From Eledone cirrhosa (Eukaryota), in NCBI GenBank assembly GCA_964016885.1, contig OZ024742.1, forward strand, positions 42,904,001 to 42,968,000: a stretch of 64,000 nucleotides of DNA. Reading direction: 5' to 3'. Each line of letters starts with the position of its first letter. Within the stretch, counting starts at the first letter, position 1. The translations under genes were made by a program, and so were the position numbers. Positions 11,451-23,990 of the stretch are shown piece after piece. A model generated the notes under the pieces. It was not told the origin of the DNA and searched no databases. It was given only the letters and a program-made list of their open reading frames with translations.

Positions 11451-11896
11451 ATATATGTGTGTGTGTGTGAGGAGCAGGAAAGAAGTATCAATATAACTTC
11501 ATTATGTTTATTCGCGCGTGACGTGCATTTTGCTTTCGATTAGCTCAAGGTACAATCGGTAGTAAAAGCGCCTGACTCTGGAACCGATAACTCATCAGAC
11601 TTGTTGATTTTCAAATAAATGTAGATATCTCTGCGATAACGTTATATATACTTAAGGTGTTGCTAATTGATATTGAGTCTCGGTGCCAGAGTATCATTTG
11701 GAGTTCTTTGTTAGTTGGTGTGTATTATAGTTTTTTAGTCGTGTCGGTGACTGATTAGTAGTAGTATTATTGTACAAAATAGTTCAAAGAATGGAGAAAG
11801 GAAGACAGATATAGATAGATATAGATAGATAGATAAATAAATAGATAGACATATATAGATAGATATAGGCAGATATAGATAGATAGACGAAGTCAC

Positions 11897-13568
11897 GTCT
11901 TCCTCTACGCCTAGAGTTTCTCCGAGCGCGTCGTCACACTTGCTGCGGACCAACCCTCTATAGAATGACGAAGTGGAGTCTCCACTGATCGCCGGGTCCG
12001 CCTGCCAGAGGACTGTGAGCGCCTGAGCACATTCGATGTGCCAGTCGCCCATTTTCCACGGTCTTTGCTTGACCCAGGACTGCAGCTCGGTCAGCGAGAC
12101 GAGTCGTGGGAAGTTTCGCCTCACGAACGGGGCCCACACCGGTTGTCCGGTGAGGAATACGTAGAGATGCCGCAGCCTGAGCGCGTGTTTGCGCATCGTT
12201 AGCCACGGCATCCCCATCCCTCCGTTGGAAGGGTGTTGGCAGGAGATGGATCTTCTCACCAAAGGAATTGGAAGAGCGCGCGCTCCATTTTGGTCAGCGT
12301 TTTGGCTGGACAAGGCACAGCGGTCAAGCGGTAGTAGATGACGGACGCTATAAAAGTGTTCGCCACCTCCGCTCGACCTTTCAAGGATAGTTTGCACTCG
12401 GCCCACTTCTGGGTGAGTACAAACACCGTGGCCGTCACCTCATTCCAGTTCTTCTCCATCTGGAGGTCCGGACCAAACCAGACCCCGAGCAGCTTCACCG
12501 GCCCTTCCGTCCAGCGTCCCACAACGCCATCGGAAGGCATCGATTTGCCTCTCCACGATCCGAGTTGCAAACCGATGGACTTGTCCCGGTTCAGCTTCGC
12601 TCCTGTGAACCCTTCGTATTCCTTCAGTAGGGTGCCGACTTCCTCGATTTGCGAGGTGCTCGACACCATTACTGTCACGTCGTCGGCATAGGCCGACGCC
12701 TCTTTCCGCAGTCCCGGTTCCAGAGGGATTCCCTGCAATAGCCCCATCTTCCGCAGTAGTGGCTCGAGAGTCAGTACGTACAGAAGGGAGGCGAGAGGGC
12801 ATCCCTGTCGGATGGATCGCCTGATATGGAACGGCTCCGAGAGGTAGACGTTCACCTTGACCCTTGAGCAGATGTTGCTGCTGTGCATTGCAGCAATCCA
12901 GCCCGTGAAGACGGGTCTGAAGCCTGCCGCCTCGAGCACCGCATCCAGGTAACGATGGTCAACCCTATCGAAACCCTTAGACTGATCCAAGTTGATCAGG
13001 GCCCCACCGAAGCCGGGTTTACACCCAACCCTCTCTATGATATATCGCATGAGGTGGAGGTTGTCGTGTATGGACCTGGTCGGGATTGCGCATGTCTGCG
13101 CTTCTCCCACCAGGTTTTTGACAAGCGCCAGCCTCTTTGCCAACACCTTGGTCAAAATCTGTAACTCTGTGTTTAGCAGAGTTATGGGCCGGAAGTTGCC
13201 TATATCATCCCCCTTATTCTCGTCCTTCCTGACTAGTGTGACTACGCGCTGGTCACAGAACTGAGAATTCTCCCGTTCTGTTGCCAGTTGCAGTAGACCG
13301 CTTCCAGGAGAACAGAGAACAAGTCCGGCATTGCTACATAAAATTCGTAGTGTAGACCGTCGAGACCTGGAGATTTGCGTTTGCCGCATTGGCTCAGCGC
13401 GTCCCCTATCTCAGCGGCTGAAATCGGCCTTTCGCAGAACTTCGCCTCGCTGTCCGAGAGTCGCGACAGGCCGTCGAGGTATGGACCGAAATCCATAGCC
13501 CCTCCCGGCGCGCCGCCCTGCCTGAGCAAAGTGCCGCTGAAAGTCCGCGCACATCTGTTTCGGCTCAC
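11897..13568 (-). mobile_element. Tx1 family A internal ORF2 (RT) fragment, flanked by (ATAG)n on both sides
   Basis: High identity to about 2362-4063; YADD RT motif; frameshifts. Confidence 0.92.
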
Positions 13569-13844
13569 ATAGATAGATACATAGATACATAGATAGATTA
13601 TAGATAGATAGATATAGATATAGATAGACAGATATAGATAGGTAGATAGATAGACAGATAGATAAATAGACAGAGATAGATAGACAGATATAGATAGGTA
13701 GATATATAGACAGATATAGATATCTTTCTTTATTATTTCAAGAAAGATATCTATATCTGTCTATATACCTGTCTATCTATATCTGTCTAGGTAGATAGAC
13801 AGATAGAGATAGATAGACAGATATAGAAAGATAGATATAGATGT

Positions 13845-14781
13845 CTTTCTTTATTTGCCACAGGGGCGTACAAGAAATGGAACATTACAAGACGTGACGG
13901 CGGGGGTTTACATGAAATCATATAACTTTAACATTAATAAATAACAATAAACTATATATTAAAAAATTAACAATCGAAATCTCCAATAAGAGGGAACGTT
14001 ACTGCGTGGTTGTTTTACACCCCGTAGATAGAACAACCCTCAACACCAGGAGTACGTTTTGTAGGTGTTCCCGTCTTCCCTCTTTTTGTCTTCCTCAACC
14101 TACAGAGAAAGCCCATTCTTTCGGGCCATTTTCGCCACCTCGCCCACCTTTCAGCGAATTTTCTGGGGTGTAACACCTCTCTCTCCACTCTCACCTTCCT
14201 TCTGAAGTGGTATTTAAAGAAGAGGATGAGATATCTTCTGGAGAGGAAGGTGTTTGCCGTCAGTCTTTTTAACCTTGTCCACCATATTACCTCTTTCGCC
14301 ATAGCCACTAGACAGGGGAAAACCGCCTCTCTTTCATTCTTAAATGAAGGTGGCGGGATGATCCTCACGATGGACTCGGCTGACAACTGGATGCGTCCCA
14401 CACGTGACAGGAGCTGTTCGATATAATTCTACATGTCGGCCACCGTTGGGCACTGAACGGTTTCAATGTCCTGCTCGCATCTTGGACAGGCCCTTTTCGC
14501 AGGATTCCTGCCAGGGCGTCCGTGCCTGTAGATTTTGTCTCGAACTGGTAGAGCTCCTCGGTAGCACTGCCAGGCCAGAGACCTCTGAAAGTTATCCATA
14601 GGCCCAGAACGGTAAGTCCTCCCGAACAGACTGGCCAGTTCGTCCTCTTCGATGCCTAGAGTCTCTCCGAGAATATCGTCGCATTTATCCTCCACTAATC
14701 CCCTATAGAATGTCGACGTGGAGTCTCTGCTGATTGCCGTTTCCGTTTGGTAAAGGGCTGTGAGCGCCTGAACGCACTCGA
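13845..14781 (-). mobile_element. 5'-truncated Tx1 (A-related subfamily) 3' end in (ATAG)n
   Basis: GPMDNFQRSLAWQCYRGALPVRDK and KVRVEREVL; 3' end GTGGCAAATAAAGAAAG followed by repeat. Confidence 0.88.
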
Positions 14782-14804
14782 ATAGATAGACAGATATAGA
14801 TAAA

Positions 14805-15772
14805 TTTCTTTATAAGCCACAAGGGCACAAAAAAGGGGACAAATACAAGTGGGGAGTTTACATACAGGTATATGAAAATAAAACTATTAATAAAATAACA
14901 AATAACAATTGATATCCCCAATAGGGGGGAGGCGTTACACAGGGGTTGTACACACCCCGAAAAAATGTACAGCCTTCATCTCCAAGAGCACCAAGAGTGA
15001 GTACTCCCTTCCTCTCTTCCTCTTTTTCCTCAACCTACAGGCTTATATAGAGAGAAGGCCCAACCACTCGGGCCATCTTTGCCACATTCACCCACCTTTT
15101 ATAAAATTTGCTGGCGTGCAGCACCTCTCTCTCCATCCTGATTCTTCTTCCAAAGTGGTATTTGAAAAAACGAATCAGCTGCTCGCCGGAGAGAAAGGTG
15201 TCTGACCTCAGCCCTTTTAACCTCGTCCACCATATAACCTCTTTCACCATAGCCATAACACATAGGAAAACCGCCTCTCCCTCGTTTTTGAAGGAGGGTG
15301 GCGGTTTGATCATGACAATGGACTCGGTGGTCAACTGGATTGGTCCCACCCGCAACAATAGTCGTTCTACATAGCCCCATAGGTCGGTAACGCCCGGGCA
15401 GTGTACAAATGCGTGCGCGACGGTTTCCTCGTCGCGCATGCATCTCGGACAGATCTTTTTCGAAGGGTCCCTACCCGGGCGCCCGTATCTGTAGAGCTTG
15501 TCTCGAACTGGTAGAGCTCCTCGGTAGCACTGCCAGGCCAGGGACTTTTGGAAGTTGTTCATTGGTCCCGGCGGAAGGTCCTACCGAACAGACTGGCCAG
15601 TTCGTCCTCCTCTACGCCTAGAGTTTCTCCGAGCGTGTCGTCGCACATGCTGCGGGCCAACCCTCTATAGAATGTCGAAGTGGAGTCACCACTGATCGCC
15701 GGGTCCGTTTGCCAGAGGACTGTGAGCGCCTGAGCATATTTGATGTGCCAGTCGCCCATTTTCCTCGGTCTT
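14805..15772 (-). mobile_element. 5'-truncated Tx1 family A 3' end in (ATAG)n
   Basis: Matches about 3893-4870; ORF 15035-15562 ends GPSLYISL. Confidence 0.92.
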
Positions 15773-16238
15773 TGATAGACAGATAGATAGATAGATAAAA
15801 AGACAGACAGGCATACTTACACACATATCTTGTGTATATGTGGTGTGTGTATGAGTGTGTTTGTGTGCTGTGTACGCCTATACACTCACGCACATACGGA
15901 CATGTCAACATACATGTTTTGCTTCTCTTTACATCTAAAAACAAATATAGAATAAGCAACCATTGAAAACGAAGATTCATACACTTGCATAAACATGTCA
16001 TCTGCACAACATAACTCGATTGTATTTTCTTTTAACGAACTCAGTTGGTTAGTATTGATGATGCTGAGATGTTCGATCAACTTAATCCCACCATCGTTCT
16101 TGGATAAAGAATCCATTTTTGTAACTTTTTATTTATTTTCATTTTGTTTTTCAACTTCTTTATTTTTCTAAATCCGTATCTCATAATAGGCAAACATATA
16201 TACACGTAACATACACATTACATGAGCCTTGATATATA

Positions 16239-16408
16239 CAGTTGTCCCTCGGTATTCGCGGGGATTACGTTCCTAGAACACCCACGATAATGGAAAAACA
16301 GCGAATATTGGGCGTGCTCCATGAAAATGCCTATAAACGTCAAATAAAAAAAGAGTCAGTGTCTTATACGAAGGGGCATCCAATAGGCTGGCAAATACAA
16401 AAATATCG
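16239..16408. mobile_element. One end of a Tigger/pogo-like MITE (inverted partial copy of 18093-18451)
   Basis: TA-CAGTTGTCCCTCGGTATTCGCGGGG terminus; reverse complement aligns to 18270-18451. Confidence 0.7.
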
Positions 16409-16410
16409 TT

Positions 16411-17145
16411 CCCCCTATTTAGCTGCTATTTCTAGCTCACCTCAGGACCACCATAAGGTTTTCCCTATTTAGCTGCCATTTCTAGCACATTCATTGACCA
16501 TTATGAGGGTCCCTCTGTTCAGGTAATGTAGCTGCTATTCCTAACACACCTATGGACACCATGATGTCCCCCTATTCAGCTGTTATTTATAGCACACCTA
16601 TGGACCAGCATGAGGTTCCTCCTATTTAGATGCTATTTCTAGCACACCTATGGACATTCATGAGGTTCCCCCTTCTTGCTGGTATTTCTTGCACACGTAT
16701 GGACCAGCATAAGGTTCCCGCTATTTAACAGCTATTTCTAGCATACCTATGGACCACTATGAGGTGTTTCCAATCAGCTGCTATTTTGACACACCTATGA
16801 ACCACCATGAGGATCTCCTTATTTGGCTACTATTTCTAGCACACCTATGGACAACAATGAGATTCCCGCTATTAGGCTGCCTTTTCTAGCACACCAATGG
16901 ACCATCTTAGGGTTCCCTCTATTTAGCTGCTATTTCTAGTACACTTATGGACCACTATGAGGTTCCCTTTGTTTAGCTGATATAGCTGCTATTTCTAACA
17001 GCCCTCTGGACCACCATAAGGTTTTTCCTTTTCAGCAGCTATTTCTAGCACACCTATGGACCACCAAAAGTTTCCCACGATTTACCAGCTATTTGTAGCA
17101 TACCTATGGACCACCATGTGTTTCCCACGATTTACCTGCTATTCA
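16411..17145. repeat. About 50-bp minisatellite, about 15 diverged units
   Basis: Consensus TTTAGCTGCTATTTCTAGCACACCTATGGACCACCATGAGGTTCCCCTA with about 50-nt period. Confidence 0.9.
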
Positions 17146-17146
17146 T

Positions 17147-17726
17147 AAGGTGAATCTCTTTCAATTTGTGTGGAACCCAAATGTCAAGCTTCTTATCGAG
17201 TCCAAGGCATTTTAAGTAATTTTCAATTGTTGTATGAGATACATTTAACCTCTCTGCAATCTCGCACACAGTTATATGACAATCGGATTCAATTATTGCT
17301 TTGATTTAGTCATCATCGACTTCAGTAGGTCGACCATCTTTGAGTGAAAAATCTCCAGAACGGATTTTTAAACCATTTCTGACATGTACGTTCTGTTAAG
17401 CAATTAACACCATAAACTTTACATATCTCTTTATGAGCCTCAGCAGCTTTCTTGCCTTTACTGAACTAAAAAAGCATAATATGGTGAAAATGTTCGTTTT
17501 TGCACTCCATGTTAAAATTGACGTTGAACTAACAGTTGTAAACAAAATTACGCGCAATTTGCTTCTAAAGTTGCAAATTGCGCGTAATTTGCCTCTAAAG
17601 GAAGCTAAAAGTAACGGCTATCAAATGTCAAAAGGAAAAAAATCATAACATAGACAAACGTCATTCAAAAAAATCGTAACTCTATCTATTCGCGAAAAAC
17701 GAAATTACTTTCTTGCTGACCCGATA
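17147..17726 (-). mobile_element. Mariner transposon 5' fragment: TIR and defective transposase N-terminus (ATG at 17510)
   Basis: Manual translation MECKNEHFHHIMLF*FSKGKKAAEAHKEICKVYG..TCQKWF..SGDFSL..GRP..WVPHKL; the WVPH(E)L motif is diagnostic. Confidence 0.85.
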
Positions 17727-17966
17727 GAACTGGTTTATAATTTCTTCTTTCTCTTTTTCATCTCCCTTCTTCACCTTCATCCCTCTCCTCCCACATCTCA
17801 TTAATTAAGTGACTTTTCTCCTTTTCTCATCTCCTCTTTTCTTCTTCCCACCCGCCACCTCCACCAAATAACCTAATAATAACCTATATAAAAAGGGCCA
17901 CCCAGCCCCTCAAATACTACCTGACAAATACCTATAAACAACCAGAACTGATCAATTTTATCTGAC

Positions 17967-18015
17967 ACTCCCTGATGATTTCATACGAATGAAACAGTTC
18001 TAGTCTTGTAGAATT
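17967..18015 (+). ncRNA. Degenerate hammerhead at the end of a PLE terminal fragment, followed by (TA)n
   Basis: CTGATGA-tTTCatacGAAt-GAAA-CAG..TTG-TA; same family as 7134-7187; stem I is weak. Confidence 0.5.
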
Positions 18016-18024
18016 CATATATAT

Positions 18025-18092
<68 letters not shown>

Positions 18093-18094
<2 letters not shown>

Positions 18095-18451
18095 GTGTAC
18101 CCCCAACATTCACAGTCCCGGTTATTTGCGAAATTTTCTTTAGAACCTAACTAATTGTTCGTGAGAACCACCGCATATTCGCGGAATTGTAAATATTTTC
18201 CGCGATTTTTTTATGGCTTTTTCCGTGGAAATATATATATTTTTAACACTAAATTATTTATAAGAATATAATGTATTTGCTGGCCTATTGGACACCCCTT
18301 CGTATAAGACGGTCCCTCTTTTTTTTATTATAATTTACGTTATATTTTGATGTTTATAGGCATTTTTATGGACTACGTCCAATATTCGCGGTTTTTTGCT
18401 CTTCGCAGGTGCTCTAGGAACGTAAGCCCCGCGAATACCGGAGGACAATTG
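18093..18451. mobile_element. Tigger/pogo-like MITE
   Basis: Imperfect TIRs CAGTGTACCCC.. and ..GGAGGACAATTG, embedded in TA repeats. Confidence 0.65.
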
Positions 18452-18462
18452 TATATATATAT

Positions 18463-18802
18463 TTGATGGCTGCCCCCTCGTTATCGAGTATGACCATTGC
18501 ACGATATACCATTATTAATAATTATTAATTAATTCTATAGTGCAATGCTTGTGCGTGAAGATATTTTTTAAAGTGAGGAAAGACTGTGCACTGAGCCAGT
18601 CCCACTCTCTGAGCGACAGTAGTTATAACCTGAAAAGAAGAAAAGATCAACATCATCGGTAACTACTAAGCCACAGGTTTTATATCGGAGTTATCCCAGT
18701 TTCCTGAGTTGCCTTCTCCTAGAAGAATGCCCTGACAAAGGCTAGGGGTCCTTCACTCCCAGTGGTTTAACCGCGCGATCGGGTGTCCAGCACGACTATT
18801 TC
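18463..18802 (-). mobile_element. Probable RTE-derived non-autonomous element (5'-UTR-like part plus short 3' end)
   Basis: Minus strand CTAGCCTTTG..CTAGGAGAAGGCAACTC..TAAAACC resembles RTE 5' UTRs; recalled resemblance, no alignment run. Confidence 0.4.
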
Positions 18803-19579
18803 TATGTCTCCGCACATATACATACACATGCACCCATGCATATACACATATACATATGTACATGTATATACACATATTTACACACTTTTGGATGGCCGTT
18901 GACTCTTATGAGTTCTTCCACCCTTTGTCGGGGTTTTTTTTTGTCCTGCAGGGTGTCCAAAATCATTCTCCTCACCAAGTAAACTTGGTGGGGTTGCCGG
19001 TTTAGTCGCCGACGACCCGACCATGCGTTAGGTTGTACTGGCTTACATGTTACCAGTAGCACTCAAGAGTGACCCGACATATATATATATATATATATAT
19101 ATCAAATTAAAAATGCGAGGAAATAATAAACAAAAATATACCTATTTTTTCTTCAAAGTCCCGACTGCAGTTTCACCGAATTGCTCTGCAGCAAATTATG
19201 CACTGTAGAAGTACACCGTCGCTGTGAGGTTAATAAAGCTTATCAAGAGACCCCTCAGTTAGTGGACTGTTTCGTGACCCGATCGTAACAAGTAAGTAAT
19301 TCTCGATAGGCTGAGGGAGAAATTAGCACGCGATACAGCGGTCACAGAAGGGAGGTAAAGGTGGACATTAAGCGAGTACCGTATTTGCTAGAAGATCGAG
19401 TTAGCGCCCGCCTGATTAACTCGACAATAAGGAAGTTTGGGACAATATAGTAATGATATACACACACAGATACATAGGTATATGTGTGTGTGGCGCCCTC
19501 CTTGGACAGTTTTGCTCAATGACCGAAAGTGTTAAAAGAATCAAAAGAATTAAAATAATTCATTAATCAGGGTTTATTC

Positions 19580-19652
<73 letters not shown>

Positions 19653-19655
<3 letters not shown>

Positions 19656-19836
19656 AAAAGAGTCATGACCCCGACGGCTGAGCTCCGGCCGTTTCGACAA
19701 CTAGATCCGATCAATTTGTATCTTGGTGTCGAAACGGCCGGAGCTGACCTGTCGGGGTCCTGACTCTTTTCCTATTAACAACTCTACTACCCTAAGTATT
19801 GAGTACTGTAGTGCGTTATGGTACACCTTCTTTGTT
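19653..19836. mobile_element. Fold-back PLE-type mini-element with half hammerheads; arms 19653-19773, tail to 19836
   Basis: Inverted arms containing GAAA-CGGC..GCCG-TC, flanked by (TA)n; same family as 25041-25234. Confidence 0.8.
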
Positions 19837-20149
19837 ATATATATATATATATATGTTATATATATATATATATATATATACATTTTATAGGGACAAGGTG
19901 CTGTGTGGTTACTAATAAAAAGAGGGAGGGGGGGAGAGGAGGGCAAAGAGAACATCAGTAGATATAGATTGACTTAGTGATCTGTAACATCAATTCTCTA
20001 ATAGTCATAAAAAATTATTGATCTCCGTTTGTTGTTGATCTTCGCTTATAAAAGAAGAGCTGCGTAAGAAAACCCGATGTCATTCTGGAATATATCTAAG
20101 ACGAAAAAGACGTTTGAATAATAATGTTGGTACTTTTACTTCTCGTAGC

Positions 20150-20340
20150 ATTTGTCCAGACTTCTATTGGTAAGGAAGGCACTTGAGTTCATCGTTGTTT
20201 GTGTTGTTATTGTTTTTTGTTATATCTTTTGTTTTTGTTTCCTATTTTATACACTCAGAAACCTATATTTGTACTGTTCTGTACTGTCCTGTGATGACAA
20301 TGTATTTTTTGTAAACCCTTTGTGGTTCATAAAGAAATCA
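20150..20340 (+). mobile_element. Tx1 family B-like 3' UTR fragment followed by (ATT)n
   Basis: TGTACTGTCCT..GTAAACCCTTTGTGGTTCATAAAGAAA matches the ends at 48560 and 54590. Confidence 0.7.
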
Positions 20341-20354
20341 TTATTGTTATTATC

Positions 20355-21130
20355 GGTCTATCATGCAATGCAGATGGATAATACATCGTGGTATTTAGTC
20401 ATCTGTCGCAACAAGGACCTCAGACAGATAATACTTTCCTCAAGATGTGCGCAATACCTAGCCAAGCCGCCTTTTGTATGACACCCAAGCTCTATGGTAT
20501 TCCCAGATACTTTAAGAAGTCTTGAAGTTTCAATGGGATTGACACCAATGCCCTTATCACAACTCCTATCACATTACCCTCTTCCATTCTAAATAGTCTT
20601 GTCAGCACCATTTTCAATTCAGAGTATTATCAGAGTATTATCATTATTATTATTATTTTCATTATTATTTTTATTGCACATCATTACTGCTTTACAGAGC
20701 ACAGCTCTGTGTGTCTTGGGTATGAGCAGTGTAGTTTTTGCTGATGTTGTTTCTATAGTACTTTTCGTAATATGTGTACAGTGCCTAATAGTTCTATTAT
20801 ATGCTGTATATATTTGTAAGTCCTGAGGTTTGGGCTATGTATTTGTCTGTGTGTTTCTTTATCATTCCCAGAGCACCTATTATTATAGGTATTGTTTCTG
20901 TTTCATTTTCCACATTCGAGTTAGTTCTATCTCTAGATCTTTATATTTGGAGAGTTTTTCTATTTCCTTGGAAGATGTATTGTAGTCTGTGGGGATAAAT
21001 ACATCTATTAGAAGGCATTTTCTTTCTTTGCGGCCTTTGACTATAATATCTCTCTGTGTCTATGTATTGGCATATCCCAGAGAATGGTTGCTTTTTCATT
21101 CTCTGACACTTTTTCTGGTGTCTTTGTACC
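20355..21130 (-). pseudogene. Two tandem 3' fragments of R4/Dong-type LINEs separated by (TAA)n at about 20640
   Basis: ILWDMPI..CLLIDV..EKLSKYKDLEIEL..IPIIIGALG and ..IQKAAWLGIAHILRKVLSV*, homologous to 43782-44435. Confidence 0.75.
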
Positions 21131-21169
21131 ATTTTTTTTTCTGTAGGTACACAATTTTTATAGCATACA

Positions 21170-21886
21170 GTCCTTTACGTTCTGAGTTCAAATCCTGTCG
21201 AGGTTAGTTTTGCCTTTCATCCTTACAGGGTCGATTAAATAAAGCACCAGTAATGCACTGGGGTAATTGCTGGCCTTTTGCCAAAAGTAGAGACATTATT
21301 ATAATAATTATTATGAGGGTGGTGGATTGGCAGTATCGGTAGAACGTCAGGCACCATGCTTTGCGGCATAGAGTTATGGTCCTTTACGTTCTGAGGTCAA
21401 ATCCCGCCGAGGTTAGCTTTGCCTTTCATTCTTACGAGGTCGTTAAATAAAGCACCAGTAACGTACTGGGGTCGATTTAATCGACTTTCCTCTCCCACCA
21501 AATTACTGGCCTGTGCCTATACAAGAAACTATTATTTGGTTATATTATATTTCCATATATTTTATTTTTATATTTTTTCATTGTAATTGGTTTTGTTATT
21601 GTGTATTTTTACTCAATTTTATTGTAAACCCACAACTGTCCCTGTCTTTGTATTGTCCCCTACATGTCGGCCCTTGTGACCAATAAATGAAATTATTATT
21701 TTTTTGGCAATATCGGTAGAGGGACGGACGCCATGCTTTGACGCATAGAGTTACGGCCCTTGCCATTCTGAATTCAAATCCGGCCGAGGTTAACTTTGTC
21801 TTTCATCTTTACGGGGTCGATAAAATAAAGTACCAGTAATGCACTGAGTAATTACTGGCCTTGTGCCAAAAAGTAGAAACAATTAT
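21170..21886 (+). mobile_element. Cluster of three tRNA-type SINEs (21170-21300, 21316-21536, 21704-21886) with a Tx1 3' end at 21540-21695
   Basis: A-box-like TGGCAGTATCGG, B-box-like GTTCAAATCC, shared GCCTTTCATCC core and (TTA)n tails. Confidence 0.8.
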
Positions 21887-22078
21887 TTTTATTGTTTTTC
21901 CTTTTCCTTCAGTATCGTTTCTGATATATGCCGAGTGTCATCCTGACACCTACGGCAAATAAGTTCACTGTATACATTGGTAAGCCAGTTAACACACCAC
22001 ATTGATTATAAGTTACATCTTAAAGAAAAAAAAAATATATAATTACACACACACACACAAACACACACATATATATAG

Positions 22079-22324
22079 GTATGTATGTATGTATACGTAC
22101 ATACATATATGTATACAGACGTACAGTAGTATGTATATATATACATATATGTACACACATATATATATATGCACGTATCGGTTTACCGAACATTTATTAT
22201 AATGCTCTGTTTGTTTGTAAACCGATACGTGCATATATATATGTGTGCATGTATGTATATATATACATACTACTGTACGTCTGTATACATATATGTATGT
22301 ACGTATACATACATACATACATAC
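22079..22324. repeat. About 245-bp palindrome with about 30-nt spacer
   Basis: CAGACGTACAGTAGTATG..GCACGTATCGGTTTAC mirrored as GTAAACCGATACGTGC..CATACTACTGTACGTCTG. Confidence 0.85.
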
Positions 22325-22382
22325 TTACATTTAAGTAACTGCCGTACTAAGAGTGAGAAATGAAATTTCGTTTCATTCTATT

Positions 22383-22413
<31 letters not shown>

Positions 22414-22416
<3 letters not shown>

Positions 22417-22795
22417 GATATTAAACAAATGGAAACTATATTTATAAAACCATATTTATTTCATTATATATATTTCTGGAATATCATATTAAAAATATGG
22501 TATGCCTTCCTCAGACAAAATACAATATATAAGCCGTTTCATAAATAGATTTGACATACCTTAAAATAATGCAACTTCCATTTAAAAAGGGTTATATATT
22601 GTATTTTGTGTGAGGAAGGCATACCATATTTTTAATATGATATCCCAGAAATATATATAATGAAATAAATATGGTTTTATAAATATAGTTTCCATTTGTT
22701 TAATATCGTAAACCTACTCCAAAACTTGTTGAGTGCTTTTATATCAGTTATAAAATATTTACTCGTTGTAACCCAACAATTTTAAATAAAACTTT

Positions 22796-22799
<4 letters not shown>
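22414..22799. mobile_element. Fold-back PLE family X, copy 1; arms 22414-22710, tail to 22799
   Basis: Inverted arms each carry the family hammerhead (right-arm core mutated to GTGAGGA); (TA)n flanks. Confidence 0.85.
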
Positions 22800-22842
<43 letters not shown>

Positions 22843-23165
22843 AGTATAGAAATTATTGTAGCAAGAAAGCAACAGTATTCCATAATATATAAGTGACTAT
22901 AGCGTAAAAATGGAAAAATAGTTAACGTAAGATGTGGGAAAATAATTCAAACTCAATTCAAAAAGAATCAGGATATAGATTCATCCACAGAATTTGGTGA
23001 AATCCATGGAAAAATCAATAGAGTTTTAACTCAGAATAAAATAAAGTCTAAAATACTCATCCTTCAATTTGGAAAAACTATAATGCTCTGTATAGTCTTA
23101 ATTACATAAGTAAGCATTCCAACCATCCTGCCAGCATAACCAAGAACCTGGTAAGAAACGTTTCG

Positions 23166-23990
23166 TTGAGGCTTTCCCGTCTTTCCACCAACGAGCGCAT
23201 TTTCAACGACCATTCCACTTATTACAATGAAGCTCTTGCTCGAAGTGGATTTGTCGATAAGGTAGCATATACAGAGTACGAAAATAGACCTAGAAGAAAT
23301 AGATCCCGTCGCATTTGTTGGTTTAACCCACCATATAATATGGAGGGGGCCACACCATTAGCTAAGTTCTTTCTTTCCCTTATTACGAAGCATTTTCCCT
23401 CTACACATAAATATAGTAAAATTTTTAATAGAAATACTATTAAAATTTCTTACTCTACGACTCCTAACCTTGCACATAACATCACAGCTTCAAATTTAGC
23501 TAAACTATCTAGCCGTAGGAACACGTGCAACCCTGTAGTTAGTACTAACTGTAATTGTAGGAATCGGGCTGATTGCCCCCTATCCGGGAAATGCCTCTCT
23601 AGTAACATTGTCTACAAATGTAAGGTCGTAACACCCACGTCCCGTAGGGCCTACATAGGGTTAACCGCCAATAGTTTCAAGCAGCGTCTTTACATGCATA
23701 CCCATTCTTTTCGTTACCCTCTAAGAAGGAATATGACGTCCCTTTCAGCTTATATCTGGAGTCTAAAAGACAACCACACCCAATATAAGTTACACTGGGA
23801 GATCCTAGATAGGGCTAGATCGTATAACGGAAATAAAAGACCATGTGACCTCTGCGCCGCTGAGACCCTGGAAATACTTTACGCCACAGACCACATCTTA
23901 AACAAAAAATCTGAGGCAATTTCGGCTTGTAAACATAAATTGCACAAAACTTTCCTGTATTACAGCCCCACGTTATACCCTAACGGATAG
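23166..23990 (+). CDS. PLE ORF C-terminal part: RT thumb/linker and GIY-YIG endonuclease (5'-truncated)
   Basis: WFNPPY, CNCR..CPL..C, IVYKC..AYIGLT..FKQR..H, CDLC..E..LNKKSE..CKH. Confidence 0.9.
   Translation: MRLSRLSTNERIFNDHSTYYNEALARSGFVDKVAYTEYENRPRRNRSRRICWFNPPYNMEGATPLAKFFLSLITKHFPSTHKYSKIFNRNTIKISYSTTPNLAHNITASNLAKLSSRRNTCNPVVSTNCNCRNRADCPLSGKCLSSNIVYKCKVVTPTSRRAYIGLTANSFKQRLYMHTHSFRYPLRRNMTSLSAYIWSLKDNHTQYKLHWEILDRARSYNGNKRPCDLCAAETLEILYATDHILNKKSEAISACKHKLHKTFLYYSPTLYPNG

Noticed and set aside
11505-11605. Minus-strand CTGATGA...GAAA hammerhead candidate
   Set aside because: No convincing stem I, and no UH site in register with stem III
16411-17145. CRISPR-like array (also considered for 9586-9715)
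   Set aside because: Units are contiguous diverged tandem repeats with no unique spacers, there are no cas genes, and the context is eukaryotic
21316-21536. Functional tRNA gene
   Set aside because: A/B-box-like motifs are spaced too widely, there is no cloverleaf, and a SINE core and (TTA)n tail follow
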